Below the pieces are notes generated by a model, which saw only the letters and a list, made by a program, of their open reading frames with translations, ran no database searches and was not told the DNA's origin. The position numbers and the translations under genes are program-made. Positions 53,561 through 63,973 of a stretch of 64,000 nucleotides of DNA are shown piece after piece. Origin of the DNA: an uncultured virus (IMG/VR IMGVR_UViG_3300037419_001523) (taxonomy: Duplodnaviria > Heunggongvirae > Uroviricota > Caudoviricetes); IMG/VR virus record IMGVR_UViG_3300037419_001523. One strand, 5' to 3'. The stretch's first letter is position 1; the number at the start of each line of letters is the position of its first letter.

Positions 53561-54556
53561 TTAACGTTTTTTAACTTCTATAGTAACTCCGTAAAGGTCT
53601 TGTAAGTTACCTTCCGATAAAAATTCACGAAGAAGATGAGTATTATAGTAAGAAAATCCTTCTGGGGTAGTGATCTGAGAATATTCGTATTTATCCCCGA
53701 TTTTCGCCAACTGTTCGTAATCTAAAATCATATTATTGTCTAATGCCAATAAGTAACCCATATGCAGCATCCCTGATTGTTTGATACTGTTCGGTGTCAA
53801 GTATGACCTATTCAACAATTCTTTTATGGTATGAATTCGTTTATAAATCACATTTGTTTTTACTGATTCATTTTCCTGCCCTCTAGGACTTTTTATGTTA
53901 CGAAAGACATAAGGCGATTCAAGCAATTCCTTTTCAGTAAAATCTTGTATGCTACTGTTATACTGATAATAAGTTTTTTCAAAACGTGTTTTTTCTAAAT
54001 ACTCAATACATTTATCATCTACTGGTACATGATAATCTCTTTCTTTCACATAAATTGTTTTATTTTCGAAGTCTACATCGCTAAATTTCAACTCTTTTAT
54101 TTGTGAAAATTGCTCTCCAATGATTCCATGCCACATCATAAATAATAAGGCTTTGTCACTTGAATTATAAAGGCTTTTATCTTCAATTAGTTCAATAAAC
54201 TCATCGTATGAGTAATGGATTTTCTTATTTTTATTAATAAAAGTCCCATATTGTTCTTCAGAAATTACATCTATAGGATTTAAATTTGATTTTCTTAACC
54301 CTACATCAATCGCCCATTCAATATATGCTCTAATAAATCTTCCGTGTGACTTTGCAACTGATTTTGTATGGGGATTCATATTTTTAATTACTTCTGAGAT
54401 ATTGTACTGATCGAAATCATATAAATCTTTACTTAGTCTATATTCTTCTGGATAGGAGTTAAAAAACACGTTACGAATGGTTTTTTGAGTGTCCTCATTT
54501 ATATACTTTTCAGATAAAAATCGTTCTTTAATCTCCTCATTGTATAATTTATTCAT
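53561..54556 (-). CDS. MrpR/YopR (SroF)-like master repressor with degenerate tyrosine-recombinase fold
   Basis: LYNEEIKERFL N-terminus, KDLYDF, integrase-like core lacking HxxR (PNSIKQSG); SPbeta synteny. Confidence 0.8.
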   Translation of the reverse strand: MNKLYNEEIKERFLSEKYINEDTQKTIRNVFFNSYPEEYRLSKDLYDFDQYNISEVIKNMNPHTKSVAKSHGRFIRAYIEWAIDVGLRKSNLNPIDVISEEQYGTFINKNKKIHYSYDEFIELIEDKSLYNSSDKALLFMMWHGIIGEQFSQIKELKFSDVDFENKTIYVKERDYHVPVDDKCIEYLEKTRFEKTYYQYNSSIQDFTEKELLESPYVFRNIKSPRGQENESVKTNVIYKRIHTIKELLNRSYLTPNSIKQSGMLHMGYLLALDNNMILDYEQLAKIGDKYEYSQITTPEGFSYYNTHLLREFLSEGNLQDLYGVTIEVKKR

Positions 54557-54587
54557 CTCTATTCACCCTAATTAATTATTTAATTTC

Positions 54588-55967
54588 TTATACCATAACT
54601 TTAATATCTAGTTTATCGAAATAATTTTTAATCACTTTTCTAACTTTATTGGTTTCCAATAAATTCCCTTTATCATCTACTATCGAATCCTGCCAAATCG
54701 GATTTTCTTTGCTAAAGTCAATATTTTTAATTATTTTTCTAATTTCTTTCGCTCTAATATCTGATTCAAACATTCTACGTGCTAACACAATATAACCAAT
54801 AAACATATTGTTATCATTAATCAACGAATTTTCTCTAGTTTCATTAATTTTATTTAAAAATTCATCTGGATATGATCCTAAAAGAAAGTTAAAAAATTCA
54901 ATTAAATAGTCTGCTACATCTTCAGCATCTATTCTTGTTTTAAGTTCAAACTGTTCATCTATTGCATCAGATAACACATTGTATGTTACCAATTCTTTAT
55001 TTAATGAATGTATTCTATTTGTTTGAGATATTCTACCCTGTAATTCACTTTCAGATTTTAATCTTTGCACTATTGTATCACTAAGTCTATTCGCTTCTAG
55101 TTCCATTATTCTTGTGCTAGAAATTGGAGTTGCTTTTGCTAATTGTGCTTGATATTGTTGTGCTCGTTTTGTTGAATAATTCGTTATTAACACAGCAAAG
55201 TTAAAATGTAATTCAGGGTTAGTTTGTAATGCTTGTTGAGAGGCTAAACAACGATGGTATCCATCCACAATATCTAACTTGGTACCTTTTGTTATAGTTA
55301 ATTCCATTTTTTTAGGGTCAAAAATTAATTCAGTACCGCTTTCAGAACTTCGAGTAGCAGCGTTAAATACTAATACTGTTGGAACTAACGTACCTTCTAA
55401 CAAATGATCTGTTATTTCTTCTATATTCTTTTTATTTGTAGTAGGCGAAATAGTAACAGTTTCTTTTTGTCTCTTATAGGTAGCTTCTCTTTGTAAGTCA
55501 TAATTATAATGTAAGTTCTGTGAACGAATTAACTTATCAATTGTTTGAATATCCATTGTCACCATATAAGCACTGTTTCCAACAATTGTTGAATGAGTAA
55601 AATTAACTGGAAATTCAATTATTTTTTCTTCTAATAAACCACTGAACTGTCTTGAATTTTTCATTTCCACATCTGTAAAGAAATTTTTAGGATTAATCAT
55701 TGGTAATTCATCATATTTGACATATATTTGTTCAGTAATTAAAAATATTTCACGGATGTCTAGTTTAGGTAATTCAGTAGCAGGATCATTAATAATGCTT
55801 TGTACTTTACCGGACGAAATTTCATAATTCTCAAGTAAGTGACTTTTGATTTCTTTGATGATTTTCTTTTTTGTGCCTAACTTAGAAGTCTCAATTACTT
55901 CAATTAAATTTTTTTCTAATTCTTCTCTTGGTTTTAACATAATTTCCACCTCTTCCAGCATAAACAA
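54588..55967 (-). CDS. YopQ (SroE)-like DndB/DGQHR-family protein
   Basis: YNYDLQR and IVDGYHR motifs; between YopP- and YopR-like genes. Confidence 0.8.
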   Translation of the reverse strand: MFMLEEVEIMLKPREELEKNLIEVIETSKLGTKKKIIKEIKSHLLENYEISSGKVQSIINDPATELPKLDIREIFLITEQIYVKYDELPMINPKNFFTDVEMKNSRQFSGLLEEKIIEFPVNFTHSTIVGNSAYMVTMDIQTIDKLIRSQNLHYNYDLQREATYKRQKETVTISPTTNKKNIEEITDHLLEGTLVPTVLVFNAATRSSESGTELIFDPKKMELTITKGTKLDIVDGYHRCLASQQALQTNPELHFNFAVLITNYSTKRAQQYQAQLAKATPISSTRIMELEANRLSDTIVQRLKSESELQGRISQTNRIHSLNKELVTYNVLSDAIDEQFELKTRIDAEDVADYLIEFFNFLLGSYPDEFLNKINETRENSLINDNNMFIGYIVLARRMFESDIRAKEIRKIIKNIDFSKENPIWQDSIVDDKGNLLETNKVRKVIKNYFDKLDIKVMV

Positions 55968-56071
55968 ATTTATACTTACTTTAATAATAAGATTTTTAGT
56001 ACATTTTGTAAATAATTATTTTCGTTTAATTGAGTCAATTGCTACGTTTATTCTTCACAAAGTTTTGTATT

Positions 56072-57109
56072 TTATTTCCCCTTCATAACTTCCTGTATCT
56101 TCATATTAAGTATCAATTGTAAATCCTTCTTACACATTGATATAGCTTGTAATAGTGTATCTTGATCCACTTTCTTATACAATTCCATATCTAAATTCCC
56201 TTTAGATGAAACTGCACCGATTAGTCCATAATCTTCATTCTCTAAATAAATCTGTGTAGTTGAAACTGATGAATGATTAGCTGCACGTTTAGCCTCTAAA
56301 ATGTCTCCTGTAATGCGATAACGGAATGTTACTCCGGTCTTTCTTATACTATGGAAGACAATGTTACGATCAGATGAGATTCCTATTTTAGTTTTCAATC
56401 GTTTAAAAGTATCATTTAGACTATCTGAAGAAATGTCGAATACTTTGTCGTCATCTTTTTTAATTGTTAATAACTCTTTATAGAAATCATGTGAAATTAA
56501 TTGTCTCATTTCTTTATTACCTTTATCAGTAACCTTAATCATTACTCCTTCATCACGTTCTAAAAAGTCACTCCATTTCAAGTTAAGAAGGGCATTTTTA
56601 CGTATACAACTATCTAAGGCTAAAAGAATTAAAAGTCTTTTAATTTCACCCTTCTCTCGTTCTTCTAGAGCAAGATTCGCCATCTGTAATACCTCATCCA
56701 CAGATAAAACACCGTATGAGTTTTTAGCCTCTGGCAATGAATCAATCAATTCCATATAAGAAACATCATCCACTATCTTTTTTCCTGCAAGATATCTTAA
56801 AACCCCCCTGACAGCACTAACTTTCCTGTTTATTGTCTTATTTGAATATATTCGATTTCCTTCGTCATCTATTGCTTTATATAACCTCTCAATAAAATCT
56901 TCGAAATCATCGAGTGTTATCTGTACATCTTCTCTTGTTAGGTATTGAATTTCTTTTTCTTTAATCAACTTAAAGAATAACATAATATCTTTTCTATAAG
57001 CCTCTTCCGTACAATTTGAATTATAACTGTGTTTAGTTAAATATTTTTTAATCTGATCATATACCTTTGTGTTATCCAACTTAACTAACTTATGAGCGTT
57101 TGCGTTCAT
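56072..57109 (-). CDS. Tyrosine recombinase (YopP/SroD-like)
   Basis: SAM-like N-domain; catalytic R (CIRK), K (DKGNK), HSIR, H (ANHSS), Y (TQIY). Confidence 0.9.
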   Translation of the reverse strand: MNANAHKLVKLDNTKVYDQIKKYLTKHSYNSNCTEEAYRKDIMLFFKLIKEKEIQYLTREDVQITLDDFEDFIERLYKAIDDEGNRIYSNKTINRKVSAVRGVLRYLAGKKIVDDVSYMELIDSLPEAKNSYGVLSVDEVLQMANLALEEREKGEIKRLLILLALDSCIRKNALLNLKWSDFLERDEGVMIKVTDKGNKEMRQLISHDFYKELLTIKKDDDKVFDISSDSLNDTFKRLKTKIGISSDRNIVFHSIRKTGVTFRYRITGDILEAKRAANHSSVSTTQIYLENEDYGLIGAVSSKGNLDMELYKKVDQDTLLQAISMCKKDLQLILNMKIQEVMKGK

Positions 57110-57250
57110 TTAAACCACCCCTCTCAATTTTTGTTGTAGTAATTTTTCTATCTGTTTAATTTCGTTTAATTCTTTCTTGATTTGAAACTCATTCATTTTC
57201 CGCACGTTTCGCTTGTAGTAGCCTAACAAATCTGTAAGCACTCTGATCAT
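57110..57250 (-). CDS. 46-aa hypothetical protein (not in the ORF track)
   Basis: AAGGGAG RBS; stop abuts the recombinase start. Confidence 0.55.
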   Translation of the reverse strand: MIRVLTDLLGYYKRNVRKMNEFQIKKELNEIKQIEKLLQQKLRGVV

Positions 57251-57434
57251 CTCCCTTCTTTACTATCTTATTTGTAGTTATTAATATTTATAACCTTTTA
57301 TCTATATATCTATTCTTAAATGTTTGATTAAGTTTGTTTATATTCATATTATACAACTATTAGTTTTCGTTGTAAAGAACAATTTGCATAAAAAATAGAG
57401 ATATTTTAAAAAATATCCCCATAAAAAGTGACTT

Positions 57435-58066
57435 TTAATTGTATATCTCAGTCTCAAATATAACTTCATTTGGTAATAATCCTTCTTTTTGAACCCAGTA
57501 ACCCATATAAGGATACTGTTTAGGGAAAACTCTATGCCAAGTGCCACCTTTATGTCTTCTATAAGACTTTAATTTAGATAAGTAATATTCAATTGTAAAA
57601 GTTAAATGCTCATATAACCAATACATTTATTAATCCTCCCACAATTTTGTGTCATATTCTCCTCGTTCAAGATTCCCAATCCAAATTCTTAACTCTCTAA
57701 TTTGCCCTAACTCTGTATGTAATCCTCCAGCAAAATCACGATCATTTCTATTTTCAAGTGATTTTAAGCGTTCCTTCATATTATGCAGTAGAGACTTTTT
57801 ATCAACTATATTCATATGTATTACTCCCCTTGTTTTGAATATTTTCCTTTACCTAAATAAGCGTTCCAATATTCATTAATTACTGGAAAAATTACAGTTG
57901 AATAAAAAGCGTACTGTTTCAAAAATTCACCTTTATCTGTTTGAACTAATCCTCCTGACCACTTCTCAACTTCTTTTTGATACTTTTCATATGCTTCATT
58001 AAATTCTTCATCAGTATTTTTCTTTTTATATTCTTTTAGTTTATCAATAATTTGATCAATCTCCAT
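57435..58066 (-). other. Three short hypothetical genes
   Basis: ORF track 57435-57626, 57630-57815, 57821-58066. Confidence 0.6.
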
Positions 58067-58093
58067 TATTATTCCTCCCTTAAAATCTACTTA

Positions 58094-58777
58094 TTATTGG
58101 ATTTTTATTATTATGTATGACTTATAATCCTCATTTAACCACTTGTAAATTTTCTGTAATCTTTCATAAGAGTAAACAGTACACCACAATTCATTATTTG
58201 GTTTATACCAATCCTTAAGAACCTTGTTATGCTTACTTGTATTACAACTCTTACAAGCTGGAACGCAATTGGATAAATCATTGGAACCATTATGGTCTAC
58301 ATGATCTCTATGGAAGTCTCCTAATTGTGTTTTTCCTCTGAAAACTATGTAGTGTTCTTCAATTTTTAAATCACAATACGCACATCTATAATTGAAGTAA
58401 TTCTTACAGTTTTCCCATTCTTTAGTGGTAATTTTATGTTCTTTGTTCATCTGTCTATCTTTAAACTGCTCATTTAATTTATCTTTGTTTTTTCTTTGCC
58501 ATTCTTTTTGTTTACCGTTATCTCTTCTTTTCTTAGAATTTCTTCTATCCATTTCAATTCGCCATTCAGCATTTTTAAGGTAATAATGTATTCTTTCTTT
58601 ATATTTCTCTGGATTGTCTTTCATCCATTGACTGTATCGTTGCTTTGTGCAAACTTTACATTCAGGATTATAATAAATCCATTCTCCTCGTTTCTTGCTT
58701 TGTTTCTTTTGTGAATAGAACTCAGTTAGTGGTTTTATTTCGTTGCAAACAGAACACGATTTACTTTCGATTTCCAT
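58094..58777 (-). CDS. HNH endonuclease
   Basis: CAYC...DHV...N...N.VPACKSCNTSK; N-terminal CxxC zinc finger. Confidence 0.88.
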   Translation of the reverse strand: MEIESKSCSVCNEIKPLTEFYSQKKQSKKRGEWIYYNPECKVCTKQRYSQWMKDNPEKYKERIHYYLKNAEWRIEMDRRNSKKRRDNGKQKEWQRKNKDKLNEQFKDRQMNKEHKITTKEWENCKNYFNYRCAYCDLKIEEHYIVFRGKTQLGDFHRDHVDHNGSNDLSNCVPACKSCNTSKHNKVLKDWYKPNNELWCTVYSYERLQKIYKWLNEDYKSYIIIKIQ

Positions 58778-58810
58778 ATACCAACCTCCTTTTAAGTTAA
58801 AAGAATCATT

Positions 58811-60941
58811 TTACCAGAACAAAAATCTTTTTCTGTTTATTATTTTCTCTGACTCAATTTTAGATTGTTCTGTTAATTTATCTTCGACTATTTTCACAAA
58901 ATCAGTATAATAATTAACACTTCCATCTAAATTTCTTGCCCTGTTATTAATATTTAGAGGCATGTTAGAAACATCTAGTTTTACTTTTTCGCCAAGTCCC
59001 AATAATGAATTAGGTATTTCTGCTTTTTCAATAAGAAAATAATCAACAAACTCATTAGTTTTATATAATTTAGGTTTACTGAAACAAGAAACTCCATACT
59101 TAACTCTTTTTTTAATCCCATAAAAATACGCATTATGTTTTTCCATTTTCTTAACTCCACTCCTTTGAAACTGATATTTTATTTCTTTGTAGCAACTTTA
59201 TACCACTGATCAATCAAATCTCTTCTGTCATTCTCAGCATTCAATAACTCACTTGCAAAATCAAACTTAGCCATTTTATATCCTTCTATATATTTATTTT
59301 TGTTTTGATTCTGCAATTCTGTGATTGTTCTTAGTAAAAACGGAACTGAATCAGCGACTTTACAAGGTAAATCAATATCTAAAAATTCACCTTCATATGC
59401 TGCTGAATATTTGTTATATTGCTTTTGTATCTTTGTTAACTTTACATCTAAACCTTCCATTAGTTAATCCTCCTCGTAATCTCTATTTTTCTTAATCCAA
59501 TCATACAGACGAGCAATAAAACTAATCTCCCCAAAATTAGCTATGTAAGCTGCGTTGTTTAAATAGTCTTCACGCTTTATGAGTTCCTTCTGCTCTTCAC
59601 AGATTTTTTCATATTCATCGAACATAAAATTTTCAATTTCTTTGAAAGTTCTATTCCTAATCGTAGGTAACTCGACCTTTTCTTTAGGTTTTATTCGTGA
59701 TGGTTTAATTGTTGCTATTACTTCCTCTTGTAAAGGTTCTTTTAGAGTTATTGGAGTTGTTTTCATGTTCAGATACCCAAACTTAACCTCACCCTTTACT
59801 ACTTCTAAAATGTCATTTATTAAGTGTTTAAGAATAAAATCATAATGCTGCTTATTTAGGAAATTGATATTTAATTTTCCACGTTCATCTTCAATGAAAA
59901 ACAATGAATAAAATTCACCGGAATAATTAATCTTTTCTGCAAATATTTGAGTTAGATTTTGAAATATTTCTTCCTTGTCCATATTGATCACCTTTATGTA
60001 TTATACATTGTTGTAAACAGGAAATAAAACTAACTTTTTATTTTAATTCTAGTGATTCTTTTGCTACCCTTGAACAAGTCTTTCCAAGCATATCAATACC
60101 ACCATACTCAGCAATTTCCTTCAATGATTTTTCATAACGTTCATTAGTTTCTATGTGCCACTCAAGACAACCGTTTAACTCCTTTATTACATTTTCCTTT
60201 TGTTCAATCTTCTTCTTTATTTCATAATTCTCTATCAATACTTTTTCCCGATGTTCAGTAATTTTATCAAGCAAATCTCCAAGTTGTTCGTTTTCTTGTT
60301 CTAAACGTTCAACTTTTTTATCTAAATCCATCAAATGAATACATAAGCAATCATATAAATATCTATCAGTGTGATATAAAATTTTAAGTGTTTCATTTAA
60401 TTCTGATTCAGTCATTTTTTCTCCTCCATCATCAAAGAAAATTTATCATCTTCACTAAATCCTCTTGGTTCATCAAATTCCTCGAATTCAATTTCTCTTA
60501 AATATGTTACATGCACTTTATTATCAGTTAAGGATTCTTCATACACAATCCAACCATCTGATTCCATTTCTTCATTACCTTGTTTTCTCTCTTTACTTGA
60601 GTTGTACCAAGCCTTTATCATTTCTACATATCCTTGATAAGTAATATTCATTTAATTCCTCCATTAAAATTTAGTTTTTATTTCAAATCAAAGTATTCAA
60701 TAAATTCATCAATTGTGACAACATAAGCTACCAATCCTGTAACACCTTCATTCATCTTTCCTTCGTTCACCAATGGTTGCACAACAAATTCAAGATCGTT
60801 ACTATTTAATCTTCTAACAAATTCTGTGACAACCCATGTATCGTTTAAACTAAACATAAAAGATACTGCGTTATCAGGTTTCTTATTGGCTTTTAACTTT
60901 GTTTGCCATAATTGAACTTCGTTTGCTTCGAATTTATTCAT
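58811..60941 (-). other. Array of six short hypothetical genes
   Basis: Co-oriented ORFs delimited by TAAAA-N6-TTTTA. Confidence 0.6.
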
Positions 60942-60971
60942 ACTCTCACCTCATAAAAGTTAATTTTTATT

Positions 60972-61343
60972 TTATTTTAATAACTCTCGATTTTCGTATA
61001 TATTTCCAATTACTTTCCCATTTACTGCTTCTTTCATATTAAGATGATCTTCTTCATCCCCTTTAGGATCATGACAGTAAAAACCTGAATACTCATCATC
61101 CCATTTTATTATTAAAGGGTATTCTCCGTAACTATCACCTATAATAATGTCTCCTTCATAAATTTCCTTACCGTTTTTATCTCTCAATCCTGTAAATAGC
61201 ATCAAATCATATCTGTTATCACCAATTGTTAAAATAGATGGTGGATTAACTGAAGCTGATACTGGAACTTCTGATAGTTGTTGATTATGATCAGCCCATC
61301 TATTTTCTTGTTTATCCCAAGTTCTATATTTAATTTCCCTCAT
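60972..61343 (-). CDS. yopX: YopX family protein
   Basis: MREIKYRTWD...FTGLRDKNGKEIYEGDII...VIGNIYEN. Confidence 0.92.
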   Translation of the reverse strand: MREIKYRTWDKQENRWADHNQQLSEVPVSASVNPPSILTIGDNRYDLMLFTGLRDKNGKEIYEGDIIIGDSYGEYPLIIKWDDEYSGFYCHDPKGDEEDHLNMKEAVNGKVIGNIYENRELLK

Positions 61344-61495
61344 TATTCTCCATCCTTTTTGTTAATTTCATATTTATCCTTTACATAATCCTCACCGTTA
61401 CAATGTGGAAGTTTTATATTTTTACAAAAACTATAGAAGAAACAAGTTTCACACATTTCATCCATTAACTATAATCCTCCTTTAAAACCTTCGTT

Positions 61496-61849
61496 TTATG
61501 TTAAATATACTTGATAAATTATTCCTTCTTTATCTGGATATAATTCATAATATAGTTTTAAGTCTTGTTCAGAATACTTTCTAACAAGGTAATAATAATT
61601 TCTATGAATAGGCATTCTATGATGGTTTATAATATCTTCATACACAGATTCTTCGAATCCAATTGGACTGTTTCTTTTTATGATCTTATATTGATTCAAT
61701 ATCATTTGAGCATCTTCAAATGTAACATCTGAATTGTGTTCATATTGTAATTCCTCAAACAATATTTTACTTGTATATTCAGTAAGTATTGCTTCACCAA
61801 TTTCAAATCTCAAATTTTCACCTCCAGTACACTGAATGAATTTCTTCAT
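61496..61849 (-). CDS. Hypothetical protein
   Basis: 117-aa ORF whose stop lies in the junction motif. Confidence 0.55.
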   Translation of the reverse strand: MKKFIQCTGGENLRFEIGEAILTEYTSKILFEELQYEHNSDVTFEDAQMILNQYKIIKRNSPIGFEESVYEDIINHHRMPIHRNYYYLVRKYSEQDLKLYYELYPDKEGIIYQVYLT

Positions 61850-62292
61850 TTATTATGTATTTATTTATTCTTGGTTGTTATTTCCTTCGTTACTCCAGCA
61901 AAATGAAGCCCTTTCTTTTTTAACTCTTCAAATAATTCATTGAGTATTTCTAGGTGATCATGTTCATCATATGTAGTTAATTCTCCACGAATTTCAAACA
62001 CTTTCACTGTTTTCACCTCCTATCCAATCTTAACTTTCTTAACTGTATCTGAATGAAACCAGTTAAATCTCTGGTTGCTTGAATAAAATTCTTTGTACAT
62101 CTTAATATATTGTAATTCTTTGAGCGTTATCACCTTCTCCATTGCTTTTCTCCTCCATTGTAATTAATTATTTATTATTAACTCCATTCTATCATAAATT
62201 TTCCCAAGTGTATATATTTATATTCAATTATTTTTGAATATAAAGCAGAAAATATCTAGTTGTTTAAACTAAATACTTTCTGCTTCATTAAA

Positions 62293-62490
62293 TTATACAT
62301 TATAAATTTCCTCTGCCGTAAGATTAATAAATGGATCATTCTTTACTGATGTATTTGAACCACAACCACAGTTATTTTCCCAACACAGTACACACTGGTT
62401 ATCATTATTGACTTCTTTCATACTGTAAGGAATAAAAGCCATCTGCATTTGTTTTAAAATCATTGAGTAGTTTCTTTCCATTCTCAACAT
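62293..62490 (-). CDS. Small ORF downstream of aimP (aimX position)
   Basis: GGGAG RBS; flanked by hairpins at 62551-62584 and about 62243-62285. Confidence 0.45.
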   Translation of the reverse strand: MLRMERNYSMILKQMQMAFIPYSMKEVNNDNQCVLCWENNCGCGSNTSVKNDPFINLTAEEIYNV

Positions 62491-62550
62491 CTCTCCCTTT
62501 TCGTTCCGATTTTGTGATTTTGAAAAATTGGAATTTTCTTTTTAAACTAG

Positions 62551-62584
62551 AAATGGACATTACCCCGAAGGATAACGTCCATTT
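62551..62584 (-). terminator. Stable UUCG hairpin downstream of aimP
   Basis: AAATGGACGTTATCC-TTCG-GGGTAATGTCCATTT followed by a T-rich tract. Confidence 0.7.
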
Positions 62585-62642
62585 GCTGATGTAATTTAAA
62601 TAATATGTAGTTATTTTTGATTAAAGCTTACAACGGGGAGCA

Positions 62643-62798
62643 TTATGCTCCACCGCCACCCGGATCAACGTAAGAAGGAGATACAGTTGTAATTGTAGCA
62701 ACAACTTGTGTTTCCTTGCTTACATTTGGTTTTGCAACCAACGCTCCAATCAATAACAAACCTGATAACGCAATAATAGAAATTATTTTTTTAATCAT
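62643..62798 (-). CDS. aimP: Arbitrium pro-peptide AimP (51 aa, not in the ORF track)
   Basis: AGGAGGTG RBS; MIKKIISIIALSGLLLIGALVA signal peptide; C-terminus SYVDPGGGGA; 32 bp after aimR. Confidence 0.9.
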   Translation of the reverse strand: MIKKIISIIALSGLLLIGALVAKPNVSKETQVVATITTVSPSYVDPGGGGA

Positions 62799-62830
62799 TC
62801 AGTACTCACCTCCTTTCAAAGACACCATAG

Positions 62831-63973
62831 TTAAGCACATAATACATTTATAATATAATCATTTTCACCCATTTTTTTAAGTTCCATAATTGGTAATAGT
62901 TTGTAAAACTTTTCTCCTGCTTTGATGAAATATTCAACAGATTTATAAAAATAGGATTTTTCTTGAAACAATAAACCCCGATAAAACATATTAAATGCCT
63001 TTCCATGAACGCTTAATTCATCAAAATTAATTTTGTTCAATGTTTTCTCAGCCATTCCTTTATTGCCTGATTTAATATAGTAAAAAAGTTCGTTACTCGC
63101 TGTTCCATCACTATTAAAATTTTCTAACCTATCCCATAATAAAGAAGTGAAGTTAATACTTTGTTTAATTTCATACTCAGACTTGATTGTTTTACATTCC
63201 AACGCTTTGTTAAAATAAAACATAGCTTTATCGTAATTTTTAGTCATATACGAGTTTCCGACTTGTAAATAAACCATTGTTTTTGTAGGATCAGGAGCAT
63301 TTTCAATCTGGAATAAACTTTCAATGAGTTTTCCAATCTCATCAGTGTGTAAATTAACGTCTACTTTCATTCGAAAAACTCGCCCTGTATAAGAATTTCT
63401 AATAAATTTATTCTTTATGGATTCGATTTCTTTTTCAATGTCTTCAATTCCGTAATTAATCATATTAATGTTTCTCATCATATAGTAGGAATAAATAATC
63501 CCAATTTTTGCAAATGTTCTAATTTCGATTTTACAATGAATAAAAGCATTGAGTGACTTAATTCCCTCTAATGGACTTATTTCTTTTGTTTGTACTTGTC
63601 TATGGATATCATAAACCGCTGCAAATTCTTCTGACTCCTTTTTATCACTTTCTTTTAATCTATCAGTTATTATTTTCACCAAATCATATTTATAGTATAA
63701 TGTTGCATATTCCAGTAGCATTTTAAGAGTCATTTTTTTAGGGTCTAGTTCATTGGCATACTCAACAAGTAACTCGTAACTAGTTTCAGGGAATAATTTC
63801 TCAATTACTTTTACAAATCCATCTAGTTTTTCAATATCTCGATTCTCTGTCAATGTTCGTTTGAAATTGCCACCATTTGAATATCCAGCTATTTCACCGA
63901 GTTCATTTTGAAATCCTCTAGGATTCTTTTCTAATTGATCAAGAATTTTTTTGTAAACCTTCATTAATTTCAC
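62831..63973 (-). CDS. aimR: Arbitrium receptor AimR
   Basis: 380 aa HTH plus TPR; GNSY, F..SVEYF...G.KFY..LP..EL...GEN C-terminal motif; followed by the peptide gene. Confidence 0.92.
   Translation of the reverse strand: MKLMKVYKKILDQLEKNPRGFQNELGEIAGYSNGGNFKRTLTENRDIEKLDGFVKVIEKLFPETSYELLVEYANELDPKKMTLKMLLEYATLYYKYDLVKIITDRLKESDKKESEEFAAVYDIHRQVQTKEISPLEGIKSLNAFIHCKIEIRTFAKIGIIYSYYMMRNINMINYGIEDIEKEIESIKNKFIRNSYTGRVFRMKVDVNLHTDEIGKLIESLFQIENAPDPTKTMVYLQVGNSYMTKNYDKAMFYFNKALECKTIKSEYEIKQSINFTSLLWDRLENFNSDGTASNELFYYIKSGNKGMAEKTLNKINFDELSVHGKAFNMFYRGLLFQEKSYFYKSVEYFIKAGEKFYKLLPIMELKKMGENDYIINVLCA

Noticed and set aside
53561..54556. Active integrase
   Set aside because: It lacks the HxxR catalytic motif; fold and position fit the MrpR/YopR repressor
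22403..55967. Dnd phosphorothioation system (DndC-like plus DndB-like genes)
   Set aside because: The genes are about 31 kb apart, no DndA/D/E are visible, and the DGQHR-type gene is syntenic with SPbeta yopQ
1536..59845. Many short ORF-track entries antisense to or nested in larger genes (e.g. 1603-1998, 12854-13219, 33016-33324, 4136-4339, 6121-6378)
   Set aside because: Shadow ORFs without RBS or motifs, overlapping better-supported genes or RNA structures
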